From: Somniosus microcephalus
Lineage: Eukaryota
DNA: 64,000 bases
Direction: 5' to 3'
Assembly (NCBI GenBank): GCA_052327205.1
Contig: CM126230.1
Coordinates: forward strand, 42,346,001-42,410,000
Under the pieces are notes generated by a model, which worked only from the letters and a program-made list of their open reading frames with translations, was not told the DNA's origin and did no database searches. Made by a program: the position numbers and the translations under genes. Positions 49,062 to 62,195 of this stretch are shown piece by piece. Within the stretch, counting starts at the first letter, position 1, and every line of letters begins with the position of its first letter.

Positions 49062-49674
49062 AATAGATAGATAGATTCGAGAGAGAGAATTATAAAGGAG
49101 TCTTACTTGCCACAGGGATTGAGGGTGTATTTACACTATAGGGTAAATTAGTGAGACCCTGCACTGAGAGCTGGTGCATATTCGAAAATCATAGCGAGCA
49201 GAATTTCTCCTTAAAGCTTTGCTGCGAAAGTGAACCAGAAATTATTTCGTGATACTGAGGTGGTCTGTAAATGCACTCTCAATTGCCCTCACTCTTTTAC
49301 TTCTTCCTATCCCCCCTCTCTCTCTCTCGCTCCCTCCTTTCTTTCCCACCCTCTCTTATCCTTTTCTTTAAAGGGCAACAGCCTTGAGGTTCAGGTGGAG
49401 GCAGAATAGCAGTGGCTGCTGAGGCATGGTGGGATGGGTGTCATTGACACTGCTGTATGCTGGAGGTGGGGAGCCTGCTGTTGGATGTAGGGGCCAGAGC
49501 TGTTGGCAGCCTCAGGTTCTGTCTCTGTGAGTCTGTCTCAGTCAGTTGCTCCAAGCTGGGTTATTGCTCTCCTCCCACACCCAGTACAAATTTATGCAAA
49601 TTTAAAATTAAAAGAAATTCTCGGGTAGTGATTGGGGCTTTGTCAGCAGGAGTGCACCAGATTGAACTACAGCG

Positions 49675-50206
49675 CCTGGTCCCGCCAGTGCTGCTGTCCT
49701 CCAGCCAGGCCCTTCCCGAGGAATCCACAATACTGCAGCTCCTGGTCCCGCCAGTGCTGCTGTTCCTCCGGTCAGACCCTTCCCGAGGAATCCACAGTAC
49801 TGCAGCTCCTGGTCCCGCCAGTGCTGCTCTCCTCCGGTCAGACCCTTCCCGAGGAATCCACAATACTGCAGCTCCTGGTCCCGCCAGTGCTGCTCTCCTC
49901 CGGTCAGACCCTTCCCGAGGAATCCACAGTACTGCAGCTCCTGGTCCCGCCAGTGCTGCTGTTCCTCCGGTCAGGCCCTTCCTGAGGAATCCACAGTACT
50001 GCAGCTCCTGGTCCCGCCAGTGCTGCTCTCCTCCAGCCAGGCCCTTCCCGAGGAATCCACAATACTGCAGCTCCTGGTCCCGCCAGTGCTGCTGTTCCTC
50101 CGGTCAGGCCCTTCCTGAGGAATCCACAGTACTGCAGCTCCTGGTCCCGCCAGTGCTGCTCTCCTCCAGCCAGGCCCTTCCTGAGGAATCCACAGTACTG
50201 CAGCTC
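49675..50206. repeat. Minisatellite, 8 units of 66/67 bp
   Basis: Units begin cctggtcccgccagtgctgct at 49675, 49741, 49808, 49874, 49940, 50007, 50073 and 50140. Confidence 0.95.
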
Positions 50207-51921
50207 TTGATTGAGTTAGGGATCCCTGTGTGATTTTCCACAAGCCCAAGGAGATTGAGGCCAGTTATACCCCCCTCAGCTCCTTGGCTGACGAAAAAAA
50301 CGTGCATTTATTTAGCAACTTATCACGTCCTCCGGGAGGACTAAGCAAAGACCAGGGATTGAAGCTCAAATTTTCTGATTTAGGGACACCAGTGCCACAC
50401 CGCTTGCTGTATCTACTCACTGTGAACTGTTGGTGTAACCTTATAAAGTAACTCTTTAAAGAAGTATTTCTGTGGCTAATAGCGATTTTCAATTGGCAAG
50501 AAGGGTGAAGTTTTGCCTTTGGAGATAGTTCAATCACAGTTGGAGAGAGTGAACCCATTGGTGACCTGTTTCAGAAATGTAAAAAATGTATTTAATTCAC
50601 TTCAAGGGCAAACCACTATAGTTAATAAATGAAAGACCACCGCTCAAGTATGAATAACCGCGTAACAAGCTAAAGCAATATTTGGCCACTGGCATTTGGT
50701 CCAGTTCATATGTTCCTCATAAACCTGGGTGGCTGTGATGTGGTTTTAAAAATAGAACTGCGGAGTATTAACGCTGTTTGAAACGCCAGTCAGATGTTTG
50801 CAAGCTATTTATATTGTTACCCTTCCTATCATGGGAGTCATTTCACTGTGGTCATACTTACCAAATGGCTCACACAAATACGTATGTTTTGATGCTTCAA
50901 TGTTTATAAATTTATAATTTTTTGGGAAGGAAGAACTTGCCAAAGATTTTAGAAATATGGTAAATATATATTCTTGATTTAATTTAGTCTAATGCCCGGG
51001 ATTGGTTGCTTGGAAGATTAAGAGCTCAAAGTGCCTGAGACGCAGGATGTTCATATTGCCTCAGATGGTTTCAATCTGGGACACATGCAATTCATAATTA
51101 TTGAAAGCTACTTAACTTTTGCATTTAGTATTAAAATCTTTTATCTGCACCATATACAGAGATTAATGACTCATGGGAACATTTTATATTTCTAAAATTA
51201 ACTCTGGGTGGGGTGAAAGTGCTGAGCATTTATAAAGTAACTTATCACATCCTCCGAGTATCCCAAAGCACTTTGCGTCCAATGAATTACTTTCTAACTT
51301 TAGCCGCTCTTGTTACGAAGGGACACGTAAGTTGAATATTTTACATGATCCAGTGTTGTAACTCTGAATATTGGAAGTTGTTGATCAGCATATGCTGACC
51401 TGTAAAACTGCAAAAAGCGTCTGAACAGGTTGAAAAAAAAACAACTCAAAAACAGCTCTGAATATCGGCCAATGACCGGAGTCATCGGTTTATGGTTACT
51501 GGATAAGTTCAATTCTTGTTATTGCGTGGGATTCTAGGATAGTTGTTGATTTTTTTACCAGTGTTTTCAGAATCACATTTGGTCCATTTATCTATGAAAA
51601 CTAAAGCTAATTGGCCTGCTTGAGTGATTTTTATCAGAAAATGCAGATCCCAGTCAACAAGCCTTGCCGAGAGTAATGCTGATGGCTGATGTGAATGCAC
51701 TCCAGGGACTGAACCTGGAAAAGTCTTTGTGTGTGGCTCAGTACCGCAGCAGGTGTGGAGCATTTACCCAATGAAATGCCAACATTTCTTAAAATCGTAT
51801 TTAATAGATTCGCTGCTGTTCATTAATTTTGATTAAACCACCTAACTAAAAGACAAAAGTAGTTGTAAAGGGGCTGGAAGGTTGCAGAATGTGGCAACTA
51901 AATTTTGGTTTACTAATTAGC

Positions 51922-52240
51922 ATATCATAGAATGATACAGCACAGAAGGAGGCCATTCGACCCACCGTGCCTATGTCAGCTCTTTGATCGAGTTATCCAA
52001 TTAATCCCACTCCCCTGCTCTTTACCCATAGCCCTGTTTTTAAAAAAAAAAAAAAAAAAAATTCTTGTGAAGTATTTATCTAATTCCCTTTTGAACATTA
52101 CTATTGAATCTGCTTCCACTGCCCTTTCAGGCAGTGCATTCCAGATCACAACAACTTGTTGTGTAAACAGTGTTTCCTAATGTCACCTCTGGTTCTTTTG
52201 CCAATCACCTAAATCTGTCTCTTCTGGTTACCGACCCTCC
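51922..52240 (-). mobile_element. CR1 3' fragment
   Basis: Same family as 22770-23048, reverse strand. Confidence 0.78.
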
Positions 52241-52607
52241 AAAATAGTTCTTATTTTTGCAGTAACTTCAGATTTTACAACCATGTTTGATGTTGCCCCT
52301 TGCTTCCATTTTGTGGATTGCATCTGGGCCAGATGAATGTTAATTGTACTTAATTTCCCTGTACAAGCTGATGTACAGTGCACAAATTGCAAAATAAACT
52401 TCTCAATTTTTTCCTCCTACCCAAAATGAAACCTTTACAAAATTTGACAGGAATATTTATTTTACCATTGGGGATAAAGTGTTAATTAGAAAATAGGCTC
52501 AAACTGAATTTACTTATTATTTACAGAGCCAAATGTGCCGTATCATTCCTGGGTTGCTGTATGTGCTAGTACAATATCTCAAATAATTTTCTTTTTTTTT
52601 ACCCCAG

Positions 52608-52844
52608 GAACGATGAGATTGTGATGCCAGAGGAGCAAACCGGTTTTGTGAGGGAGAACTACATATGGAACGTACTTTTGAATCGTGGGAGTTCATCAGA
52701 AGGCATTTTCCTCCACGTACCTCCTGGAAGCTTCGATCACGACCTATTCACCATGACTTGGGGTCCCACCATAGCTGCGCTTTCCTATGTTTTTGACAAG
52801 AGCTTGGATGAAACTATAATACAGAAGGCAATATCCGGTTTCAG
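52608..52844 (+). CDS. GBF1: GBF1 exon, Sec7 end and HDS1 start ([12 protein letters not shown]...[15 protein letters not shown]...AISGFR)
   Basis: ccccag|G...TTCAG|gtaaaa; 237 nt, phase 2 to 2. Confidence 0.96.
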
Positions 52845-53620
52845 GTAAAAGTTATGGAACGTTAATCACTTGTGTGTCTTAAAATTAGTGCATATTATAA
52901 AGGAAGGGATCTCTATGGTAGAAAGCAGGTATTCATGTTTGGAAAAAGTGCATGTGTAGAAAAGGAGCTCAGTCATGCCACAGTTGATTTTGGTGTGGAG
53001 CAGTGATGGCTGATGATCTTGTGTGTATGATGCTAAGGAGGACCTTCAGCTGAGTGAAGCACTCCGCTTCACCTCTCGCTTTAATCAGCTTTGTTCCTTA
53101 TTGCAACACAAAACGCATTCCAACACTGATTATACTTGTGGCTTTGAGTTGTAACACGCTAAGCCAAACCTTATAGTGAATCTTCATGGACTCTAATTGT
53201 AGATTAGGGAGATTGTCGCCATCAGTAACTCTTAAATCGAATATTAAGAATTTAGATGAACGCCTGTTTTTCTGTCATTCAGTTTTGCTTTTTGTTTTAT
53301 TTGAGCATTCTGATAATTTCAGAGTGGAAATTGTTTGATCAGCGTGTATCTGTACAAGGGAAAATATTGAAAATTAATAAGACATATCGTTTAACTTGAA
53401 CTCATTTATTCAGGTATCTTAGTATGTGTATTTCCATGTTCACTGAAATTGTTAATAACTGTTATGTTCCATTGAACTTGCGCAAGCCTGGCCATTCGGA
53501 GTGTTCGAGCTTAAGTGTATGATCAAATCATACTCGATGTTTACCCTTTTCCATAGTTAGAACTTGAAAGACTGATTAATCTTTCAGTGCAGTGATCATT
53601 TTTCTCTCTCCCACGTTTAG

Positions 53621-53714
53621 GAAATGTGCAATGATCTCTGCTCATTATGGACTGAGTGATGTGTTTGACAACCTTATCATTTCCCTGTGCAAGTTTACAG
53701 CTCTCAGCAGTGAG
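53621..53714 (+). CDS. GBF1: GBF1 exon ([31 protein letters not shown])
   Basis: gtttag|G...AGTGAG|gttggt; 94 nt, phase 2 to 0. Confidence 0.96.
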
Positions 53715-55322
53715 GTTGGTGCTTTATAATACTTCGCTGTTTCACCTAACTGCTGAGATTGTGTCCTGACAGGTACTGAGGTAACTGATACCCTGTACCA
53801 CTTGTGCTTTGCTTTTGTTAACATTAGTAATGAAGAAATTAAAAAATATATATATTTTGGGTCAAGAATTTCTGCTCATTTGAATCTTTTGCTTTCTCTT
53901 ATACAGGAGGCTAGTGTAAATGCAGTTAATTTTATTACATGGTGCAGTATTCATGATGGGTGATTTACAGTACTGATTATTCCACTTTGCTCTTGGCAAG
54001 GAATAATGCAGTATAATTGTCAGGCCTCTGTTAGACATATTTATCCAGTAGTGTATATTTTTGAGTGCGATATGAGGTCTATTTGATATCCTAACTGGGC
54101 CTTGATAATGAACAAGAAACAGTTTAAAAAAAAAAAAAAAAATATTTTTTTTTAATAATTTGTTTTTGAAGCTATGCAAGATTCATTTGACAGACTGTAA
54201 ATGATTTTGTGGAAATGATGACAAAATTGCTTAAGTTACTGTCATAGTCATATATATCGATATCTGTGTTCTGGCAGCAAACACTTGGATCCATAGGTGG
54301 CAGGCTATGGAAAACGGCTTGAGCAGCATAAGCATTGGGTGCCAGGCTCTCAGAATCCAAATTGCAATATAAAAGCAGCCTAAGGGTAACAGAGTGTGGT
54401 GAAGAAAAGCAACCACTTTTGAACGTATTGTCTGTGTTTCAGCTATAGCTCTTCTGCTTCAACGTACATGACACCAGGGAGCATATTATCCACTTGTTAA
54501 ATAACACTAGTGCGTTTATTACATCATGAGCCACATTGTTCAGACCTTCAAATAATTATCATCTTCGGCTTTAGCTGTCCCCTTTCAGTGCATCTTTAAC
54601 AAGTGGATGCTGATGTTAGAATCAAATTTAAAAGAACAGTATAAAAGCAACTTTAATCGTGTATCATTGTGACCACAATCCCCCTCTTGTCACATAATCT
54701 GCCCACCAAATTACATTGTCTGATGTGGTACTATAATTGTGGGCAGGGAATTATATGTAAATAATTTAATCTAAAATATATTCAGAAATTTCAACATCAA
54801 ATTTATTTAGGTACAGTGTTAATGGGAGCTGTATCTTAAAGTTGTATTCATTTAAATTCCTTTTGTGTTTCTAAATGTTTATGTAGTCAATTTAAATCTT
54901 CCTTACTTAAATACCGGTGTACTGCTTTGAATTGGATGATCAAGATTGCCCAGAAAAATCCATTTGCCGCAGCACTAGAACTTGAAAGATTTAACAATTT
55001 ATCTGCTAAAACTTGCTTTCAAGAATTGTCAAACAAAAGTAAGCAAAAAAGTTTGTGGAGGAGAGAAAACTTCAGGAAAGTTCAGAATTAATTAAAACTT
55101 TATGTAAAATACCATTGGCCTGTTTTAAGGTGAGGACATTTTGAACAAAGTAAATGACAATATGGCGTTATGATCTGTAATGGGAGTTTTAACGTGGTGC
55201 ATATGTAGTTGGAGAATTTAGTCGAGTTGGTGCTTGTGAGCAAAACCACTTGACAGGACATTCACAAGATCTACAAATGCAATGTGAAAGTTAAAATGGA
55301 GATATGAAAGTAAGTTATTGAT

Positions 55323-56130
55323 TCATAGAAGATTCACAGAAACAGCATAGGAGGCTATTTGGCCCATCGTGCCTGTGCTGGCTCTTTGAAAGAGCAGCCG
55401 TGTTTAGTCCCACACCCCCGCTTTTTGTCCGTAACCCTGTAAGTTCCTCGTCCTCAATACCTGTCCAACTCTGTTTTAAAATTATTGATGGGACCAGCTT
55501 CCACCACATTTTCAGGTACAGGAAACTTTGTGCTATCCGGCACCGACGGGACCGAGCTGTTGCCGTCCCATCAAAACTGCCGGACAAACCAGCGCTAATG
55601 TTGAAACATACCCATATCTGGCAACAAACCCTGTTGCTTAGCAACAGCTTCTAAACAGTCGGCCGTACCTTGCAAGCGTCTCTGTAGCTTAGCAACAGCT
55701 TCAACGAGACCTTGCAGAGCCTGACTGGTGGAAAAAAAAGCAATGAAAAGAAAAAAAACCTAACGAAACGGCTCCTGATTTTTGCCGGTGGCTTGAGCAT
55801 TCCGGACATTTAACCTCCAGATAAACCAAAGTTTCCTGTAGTGTGTTCCAGATCCCGACAACTCTGAGTGAAAACATTTCTCCATCTCCCCTCTAGATCT
55901 TTTTCCAGTGATTTTGAATCTATGACGTCTTATTGACCCACTCGCCAGAGGGAATAGTTTTCCCTTATTTACTCTATCAAAAAATCTCTCATCATCTGGA
56001 AAACCTCCATTGGGTCACCTCTTAACCTTCTCTGTTTCAAGGAGAAGTCTTAACTTTTCCGACCTCTCCTAACTGAAATCACTCATCCCTGCTAACATCC
56101 TGGTAAACCTCCTCTCTACCCTTTCTACTG
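55323..56130 (-). mobile_element. CR1 3' fragment split by a MITE
   Basis: The CR1 tail sequence ttttcaggTA|gtgtgttccagat is continuous across the MITE. Confidence 0.75.
55517..55840. mobile_element. TA-flanked MITE, copy 2 of 3
   Basis: TA-CAGGAAACTTTG...CAAAGTTTCCTG-TA. Confidence 0.88.
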
Positions 56131-56964
56131 CATAAGTACACTGATAATACAAAGCTTTTTGCACTTTTTTGTTTTAACTAATCATTTGAAATTAAGCAAC
56201 ATAAATAGCACGCCACAGTGGGGACTGAGCACTTAAATAAGAGATAATTAAACTGAGGAGTAGACTGTACATTATTAGAAAACTTGCACGTGAACTTCAA
56301 AAACATCGGAGGCATTTGATAGTGCAATGATCTGCCATTCAGATTTCTCCTCCATCCTAATTCATCTTGAATTTTACAGTTAACCTACAGCACCCTTTAG
56401 ATCCAGAACTGCCAAATGTAAACTAGTCAGCTGCCAGTGGGTCATTTCACCAGATGGTCCTACTGGTGTGGACACGTGAGACACGAGCTTTAACATTCTA
56501 GCCCCAATTCAGCAGCTCATGCTATCAATACCATCCCCACTGTCGGAAATCTGGAATAAGATCTGCTTTGATAAAATAGTGGGATATAAAGTTCTGCTAC
56601 CTCATTTAACGGACTTGCTGGTGAAGCATGTTTCTCTGTCAGTTTGAGAGCATGACGACAATTTTGCTGCTCCTTGTTGGCCTCGTCCCTTCTGCCTACT
56701 GCTGATGCCGTTTCCCCTTATGGGCCTCAAATTTGTGTCATTCCCTCTCCCTGCAATCCACATTGTTCTTGTTCCTCTTCCTGTCTATGTTGCTCAAAGT
56801 CTAATTGAAACTCATGCTCTTTCGGCTCAATCTCGCTCCTTCATTTTTTCGTGGATTGCCAACCATGCCAACTTAAGCTCGATCCCTTTTAATTAAATCA
56901 GTTGCAGTCACCACCATGCTTTTTTTTTGCTGCTAATCCATTGTATTGTGCTCTTTTTCTGCAG

Positions 56965-57141
56965 TCTGTAGAAAATCTTCCAAATGTTTTTGGTAGCAAT
57001 GCAAAGGCTCAACTGGCAGCCAAGACCGTGTTTAATTTGTCGCATCGTCATGGTGACATTCTCCGAGAGGGGTGGAAGAACATTATGGACGCAATGCTGC
57101 AGCTTTTCCGTGCGGAGCTTTTGCCCAAAGCCATGGTGGAG
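56965..57141 (+). CDS. GBF1: GBF1 exon (SVENLPNVFGSNAKAQLAAKTVF...HGDILREGWKNIMD...AMVE)
   Basis: ctgcag|TCT...GTGGAG|gtaagt; 177 nt, phase 0 to 0. Confidence 0.96.
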
Positions 57142-57679
57142 GTAAGTATTTCCTCCTGAAGTACTTTTCATTGTTAAGTTAAATTCCGGTCAATACTTGT
57201 AACCCACGCACAAAAAAGAAATTTGACAAGTTTATGCTAAAATATGTGGCTGTTGTGACGTTTGTTTCTGTAAATCAATTAATCTTTGGCAATCATATAA
57301 CGACATCAAGATAGTTATTGAGATGCGACAAAAGCATGCTTAATGTATCACGGTAAATTTTTCAGAAAATGCTGGTGCACTTTTAGCACAATCCTAATAT
57401 AAATGCTAAAATGAAGAACTAATGCTGGTAGACAAGAATCTAATTTGAATTGCTTTCTTGAGTTTCTCAACTTCATTGTGCACAGATGTTCAAACAAAGA
57501 AGAATCTGGTGATGGTCCAAGTACAATAGCGGGTGGTGGTTCATATTTATTCTTTGGGAGTGAAGGATGTTTTCACTGCTTGGTGGAAAAATAATTCACT
57601 TGAATAAAGAATAAATGTACACAATAGTTGGCAGGAACGTTCCCCCCCCCCCCCCCCCCCCCTCCCCAAAACCCGGCAT

Positions 57680-57838
57680 ATCCTAAACAGCACTGGGAGC
57701 TCCTTCCTTCACCTCATGGACTGCAGCGGTTTAAGGCGACGACCCACCACCACCTTCTCGAGGACAACCAGGGATCGGCAATAAATGCCAGCCTTGCTAG
57801 CGACGCCCATATCTCACGAATGAATTAAAAAAAAAAAT
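57680..57838 (+). mobile_element. Probable LINE 3' end
   Basis: cagcggtttaaggcg...caccaccaccttctc...aataaatgccagcc...gaattaaaaaaa ends in an A tail; recognised from recall only. Confidence 0.5.
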
Positions 57839-58134
57839 CAGAATTAGAAAGATCATTCATTTCTGAAAACAGAATATCTGAGCGTGGTGAGTCCTGGGAA
57901 TTCTTTCAATAATACGCAAGAACATCCTTACTATTTAAAGAGTGGCGTGATGTCATTTCAAAGCCCTGTACAAGGAAGTTTCTCCCCCCGATTAAATTTG
58001 TTGACCGGGTCATGCCAGTGATGTCCAGGACCCTCTGCGCCAAATGCTGCAGTGAAGATTTGTGGAATTGGTATGGAGAATCTCTCAAAGTCAATAAAAT
58101 GTATTAAACCGAAGTTAAATAAAAGATCGGGCAG

Positions 58135-58900
58135 CAAATGCTGGAAACATACAGCAATGTCCATCAACATCGGAAAAGAGCCCAGATTGATTAACATTGG
58201 GTGGAAACTGTTATTCAGAACTGGAAAAAGATATGTGAGGCTGATGTAAGAAAACTACTAGGCACTTGGTCTAAGCATTAAACAAAGCTTTAATCAACTG
58301 TTTTACAACATGGAGGTCTATTTGTGTCCTTCACTAGTTCCTGTTAAGAATGTCCTACGCAAGCTGGGCCCGTGCCCGAGTATTTATACTCTCCCTGGAC
58401 AGCGCCACCCGCAGGCCACTCAGTATTATTTCATAAGTCTTTCTTTCATGAATGACTGATTCATGTCAAGGCCCTTTATAGGATTGACTAACATAAAGAG
58501 GGAGGGGACAACGAGAGGTGAAGTCAACGATACTAACAAGTTAATGGCAGTGTTAAAAATCTGGAAGAGCTGAAAAGTACCGGGTAGCGCACACAGGTTA
58601 TCGCAGTCAGGCTGTGGAAAAGCGCGAGAAAGACATACGACGAGTACAGTAATTCCGTAATAGAAGGGAACAATGTGGGAACGTAAGTGGGAGAAAGAGC
58701 TCGGGTCAGAAATGTATAAAATTGGTGTTGAGACCGGAGGGCTGTAGAGGGGGCAAGGGCAAGGAAGTTGAGACTCTGTTGTTCAGGTTTGCATGGAGCT
58801 CACCGCAGGAGGCTAAGGATGGAAAGTCAGAGTGGGAATGAGGTGGGGCAGTCGCAGTGTTAACCAGTGGGAGGTTGGCCTCGCACTGACCGGCAATGTT
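58135..58900 (-). mobile_element. Highly degenerate Penelope-like remnant
   Basis: PLQPSGLNTNF on the minus strand (about 58710-58750) resembles TLQPAGLNIEF; pLTR-like aaatgctggaaa...cagaactggaaaaag. Confidence 0.55.
58242..58468 (-). mobile_element. Candidate solo LTR (227 bp) nested in the Penelope remnant
   Basis: TG...CA ends, 4-bp direct repeat aggc (58238-58241, 58469-58472), minus-strand TATAAATA (58381-58388) upstream of ATTAAA (about 58289-58294). Confidence 0.5.
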
Positions 58901-61262
58901 TAACAAACCATATATGCATTATTACCATTATATCTTTAAATTGTGTTTTTGATCAAACAAAATACATGGCACTATCGTCCTATAGTAGTTCCACCTACAC
59001 AAACAAGCTTTGTACAGAAGTACCTAGAGGCCACAATTTGAATTTCATTATTCTCATTTTAACTTTCCTTATCTGCTTAATGCCCTTACTTCTTCCTTAA
59101 ATCGCTGTAAACCTACTGGTTCCATTTCTTGTGCAGTTGAGTTGGGAGGGGCAGAAACAGTTCTTTGTGGAATGTAGGTGCCCGACATTAGAACGAGAAA
59201 AATCATAACTCTGCGTTCAAGTGCCCATTATTGGTGAAATTGTAGTTCTATCAGTGTCCAGTCATGCTTCTGTGGTTATCTCCCTGTTCATCACCTGACC
59301 TCCCAAAGGTTAAGCATTGAAAGTTCAGTTAATCACTGTGGCAAGATGCTGGTTTTATTAATCTGCTGAAATCCGAGCTAGATGTTAATCTCGGGTACAT
59401 TAACAGATTGCCATGATTTGAAATTTGCTAAGCGCCAAATTAGCGCTCAATGGTTTGAATTGACTCCTGTTTATTCCGGCTTGACAAGTCATAAATCCTT
59501 CGTCAGAAACTAGAGCATAATTTGAGAAGCAGATTTCAGTGAAAAGCAGCCACTTTTTCCCCCGTCAGAATCGCTAAATTGTTGCATTTCAAGCTAACAT
59601 TAAGTAATGTTGTAATAATCACACCCTTGCAGAAAAACATACATGTTTTTTTTCAGTGAAATTCCACTGTGGTGGACTGGTGATGATATTGCAGATTTAG
59701 CCTGTTGAAAGTGATGGGACAGCACTTTCAATTCAGTCAGAATGGTTAGAAGCATGAATAGATTGAGTACAAGCCATGTCTTTCATTTTTGTGATGTGGC
59801 TGAAATTCCCTGTGCATACTGTAAATCTTGGATTATGATGCACATCTGCGCTTCAAACCATGAGCTCTAAGGAAAATTTAGTACTGTGCCTGATACTGCC
59901 TCCGCCCACCCCACACTCAAGTATTTTACCAAGACCAATATTGCAGCAGGGAAGCTTACGATAGTTGAGTGCACTGAGTTGTAACCATTAGGGCCAATGA
60001 CAGGGTTCCAGTGAGACTTTGACGAGGTTCTTAAAAGAGAAAATCGACGAGATCATTCTGTGGAATAAAAATGTTTAAGTGCAGCCAGCGAGCTTAACGT
60101 CTGCAAAGAGAAATGCTGCATACCTAACATAGACGTCACTGAATCTGAAGGAAGATGGACTTCGACTACATCAAAAACAGCACCCAGGATGACGATGCTA
60201 GTCCATGCGCAGGATTTAGCTGATGCTATCTATCATGTTCTATTCAAATCTGATGATGGCTTCCAACCTTCAATGGGAAACACCCCCACAGCATTCATAT
60301 CAGGCAATGGGTTGCAACTATAGACGGGCTGGAGAACAGTGGGTCCCTGGGAAGCCAGGCTGGGAAATTTGCAAAGGCGGATTTCTCCGTCTCCCAGGCT
60401 GGTCCAAAGTTATGAGCCCTTGTTGCATGTGGCTCGTATACTTCAGTTTGCTTGTATCCTTACCTGTTGTGTGTCAACATTTGAAATGTGTTAATGTTCT
60501 CTAAATGAACAGTGGAAAGAAGACAAAGAAACGGCTTTAATAAAGGAAAGCCTCTCGTTCTGATCGAACTTTGCTCATAACAGGGTGACACTGCCACCTG
60601 CTGTTCAGTTCCCAGATCATCAATTTTTAAAAACCATTTGGTATCTTTCTCCTCTTTCATTGAAGTGCTGTTACTTGTCAATGCGGTACGATTTAAGTCT
60701 GGGCTCTCCAGATCTGCTGCTACTTTGGTGGAGAGTCAGTGGGACACCACAGAAACAGCATAAATAGCCGTTAACGCCACTCCAGGGTTTCTGCTGACGG
60801 GACATTGGGGGAACCTGGACAGAAATTCTACCCCATTGCTTCTGCTCGTAATGATTAACGGCAGTAGGAAAGATTTATCTTACGGATAGACATTGCTAAT
60901 TCTCTATAAAGCTAATGGTGCTTCAGTAAATCAAAGATCGTCGGATGAAACAGTAGGTAAAGTGCCCAGACTTTGCAAGCTCTTGAATAAATATGTTGCA
61001 TGTATTTTCATCTAAAACAGTTGTTGTAGTGTGGAAACAGATGAAGTGCTTGATCGTGCGCATGAGATTAACTATAAGATCAGTCATGATCTCATTGAAT
61101 GGCGGAGCAGGCTCGAGGGGCCAAATGGCCGACTCCTGCTCCTATTTCTTATGTTCTTATGTATTGTTGGTGTTGGTATAAGCAGCAACGGAATCATCAG
61201 TTATTACCTGTTCCACTGATGTTTGGGAAAGGTTTAGTGAAAGACGATTGTACAGTTAAAAA

Positions 61263-61387
61263 CAATGTTCCCTCTAATTTATTTTTCGTGCGCGGCCCCT
61301 TTAAATTTGGTATCTTCCAGTGGCAACAGCTGGTGAGTGCCTGCACAGGACCTCCCGATTGATGCGCGCACCTTAGGGGGAACATTG
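61263..61387. mobile_element. hAT-type MITE (125 bp)
   Basis: TIR caatgttccctctaa / ttagggggaacattg; 8-bp flanks gttaaaaa / gttgaaaa (1 mismatch). Confidence 0.8.
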
Positions 61388-61676
61388 GTTGAAAATGCTA
61401 AGAAATTATATTTCTGACAGATTGATGCATTTCTCAATTATCAGTCTTTTTCAATCAGTTCAGTGTTGCTCTGTTGAAAGCTTATGGGAAGTTTTTGCGA
61501 ATGTACTGTAACTAGAGACAATAACTCCCAAGTATGGCATTCTCCTGCCAAGATTTGAAATTCCATTATGACATTCATACAGTATTCCAAATATTTTTGC
61601 CAATGTTTAAATCTTCATTTTTTTTTTGAAAACGTGATCATTTTGCTATGAAGTGATGTTTCACTCTGGCCCTTGC

Positions 61677-62008
61677 TACAGGAAACTTTGTGATATCCAG
61701 CACCGACGGGACCGAGCTGTTGCCGTCCCATCAAAACTGCTGGACAAACCAGCGCTAATGTTAAAACATACGGAGCTTTTGAGCTCCGTATCTAGCAACA
61801 AACCCTGTTGCTTTAACAGCTTCTAAACAGTCGGCCGTAGCTTGCAAGCATCTCTGTAGCTAAGCAACAGCTTTAGCTAGACCTTGCAGAGCCTGACTGG
61901 TGAAAAAAAAACGAAAAGAAAAAAAACTTACTGAACCGACTCCTGAATTTTGCCGGTGGATCGAGCATTCCGGACAGTTAACCTCCGGATAAACCAAAGT
62001 TTCCTGTA
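61677..62008. mobile_element. TA-flanked MITE, copy 3 of 3
   Basis: TA-CAGGAAACTTTG...CAAAGTTTCCTG-TA. Confidence 0.88.
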
Positions 62009-62195
62009 TTTAATCTCTTAATGTTCTCAGTGCCTATTGTACCTGTTTGATATTGCATAATTACTTAGTTATGCTGACAGTTCTAGTTTAAAACCATTTT
62101 TAAACTGTGTTCTGAAAGCATTTGGATAAAATACAACTGACTGATTAAGATTCTGAAAGGCATTCTGTCATCAAACAATCTTTCTGTTCCTGTAG

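Noticed and set aside
49675-50206. CRISPR-like periodicity of about 66 bp
   Set aside because: Whole units are near-identical with no unique spacers, there are no cas genes, and the context is a vertebrate intron. It is a minisatellite.
49457-50233. 258-aa ORF as a novel repeat protein
   Set aside because: It is a by-product of the GC-rich tandem repeat. The peptide changes frame between units and no splice support is evident.
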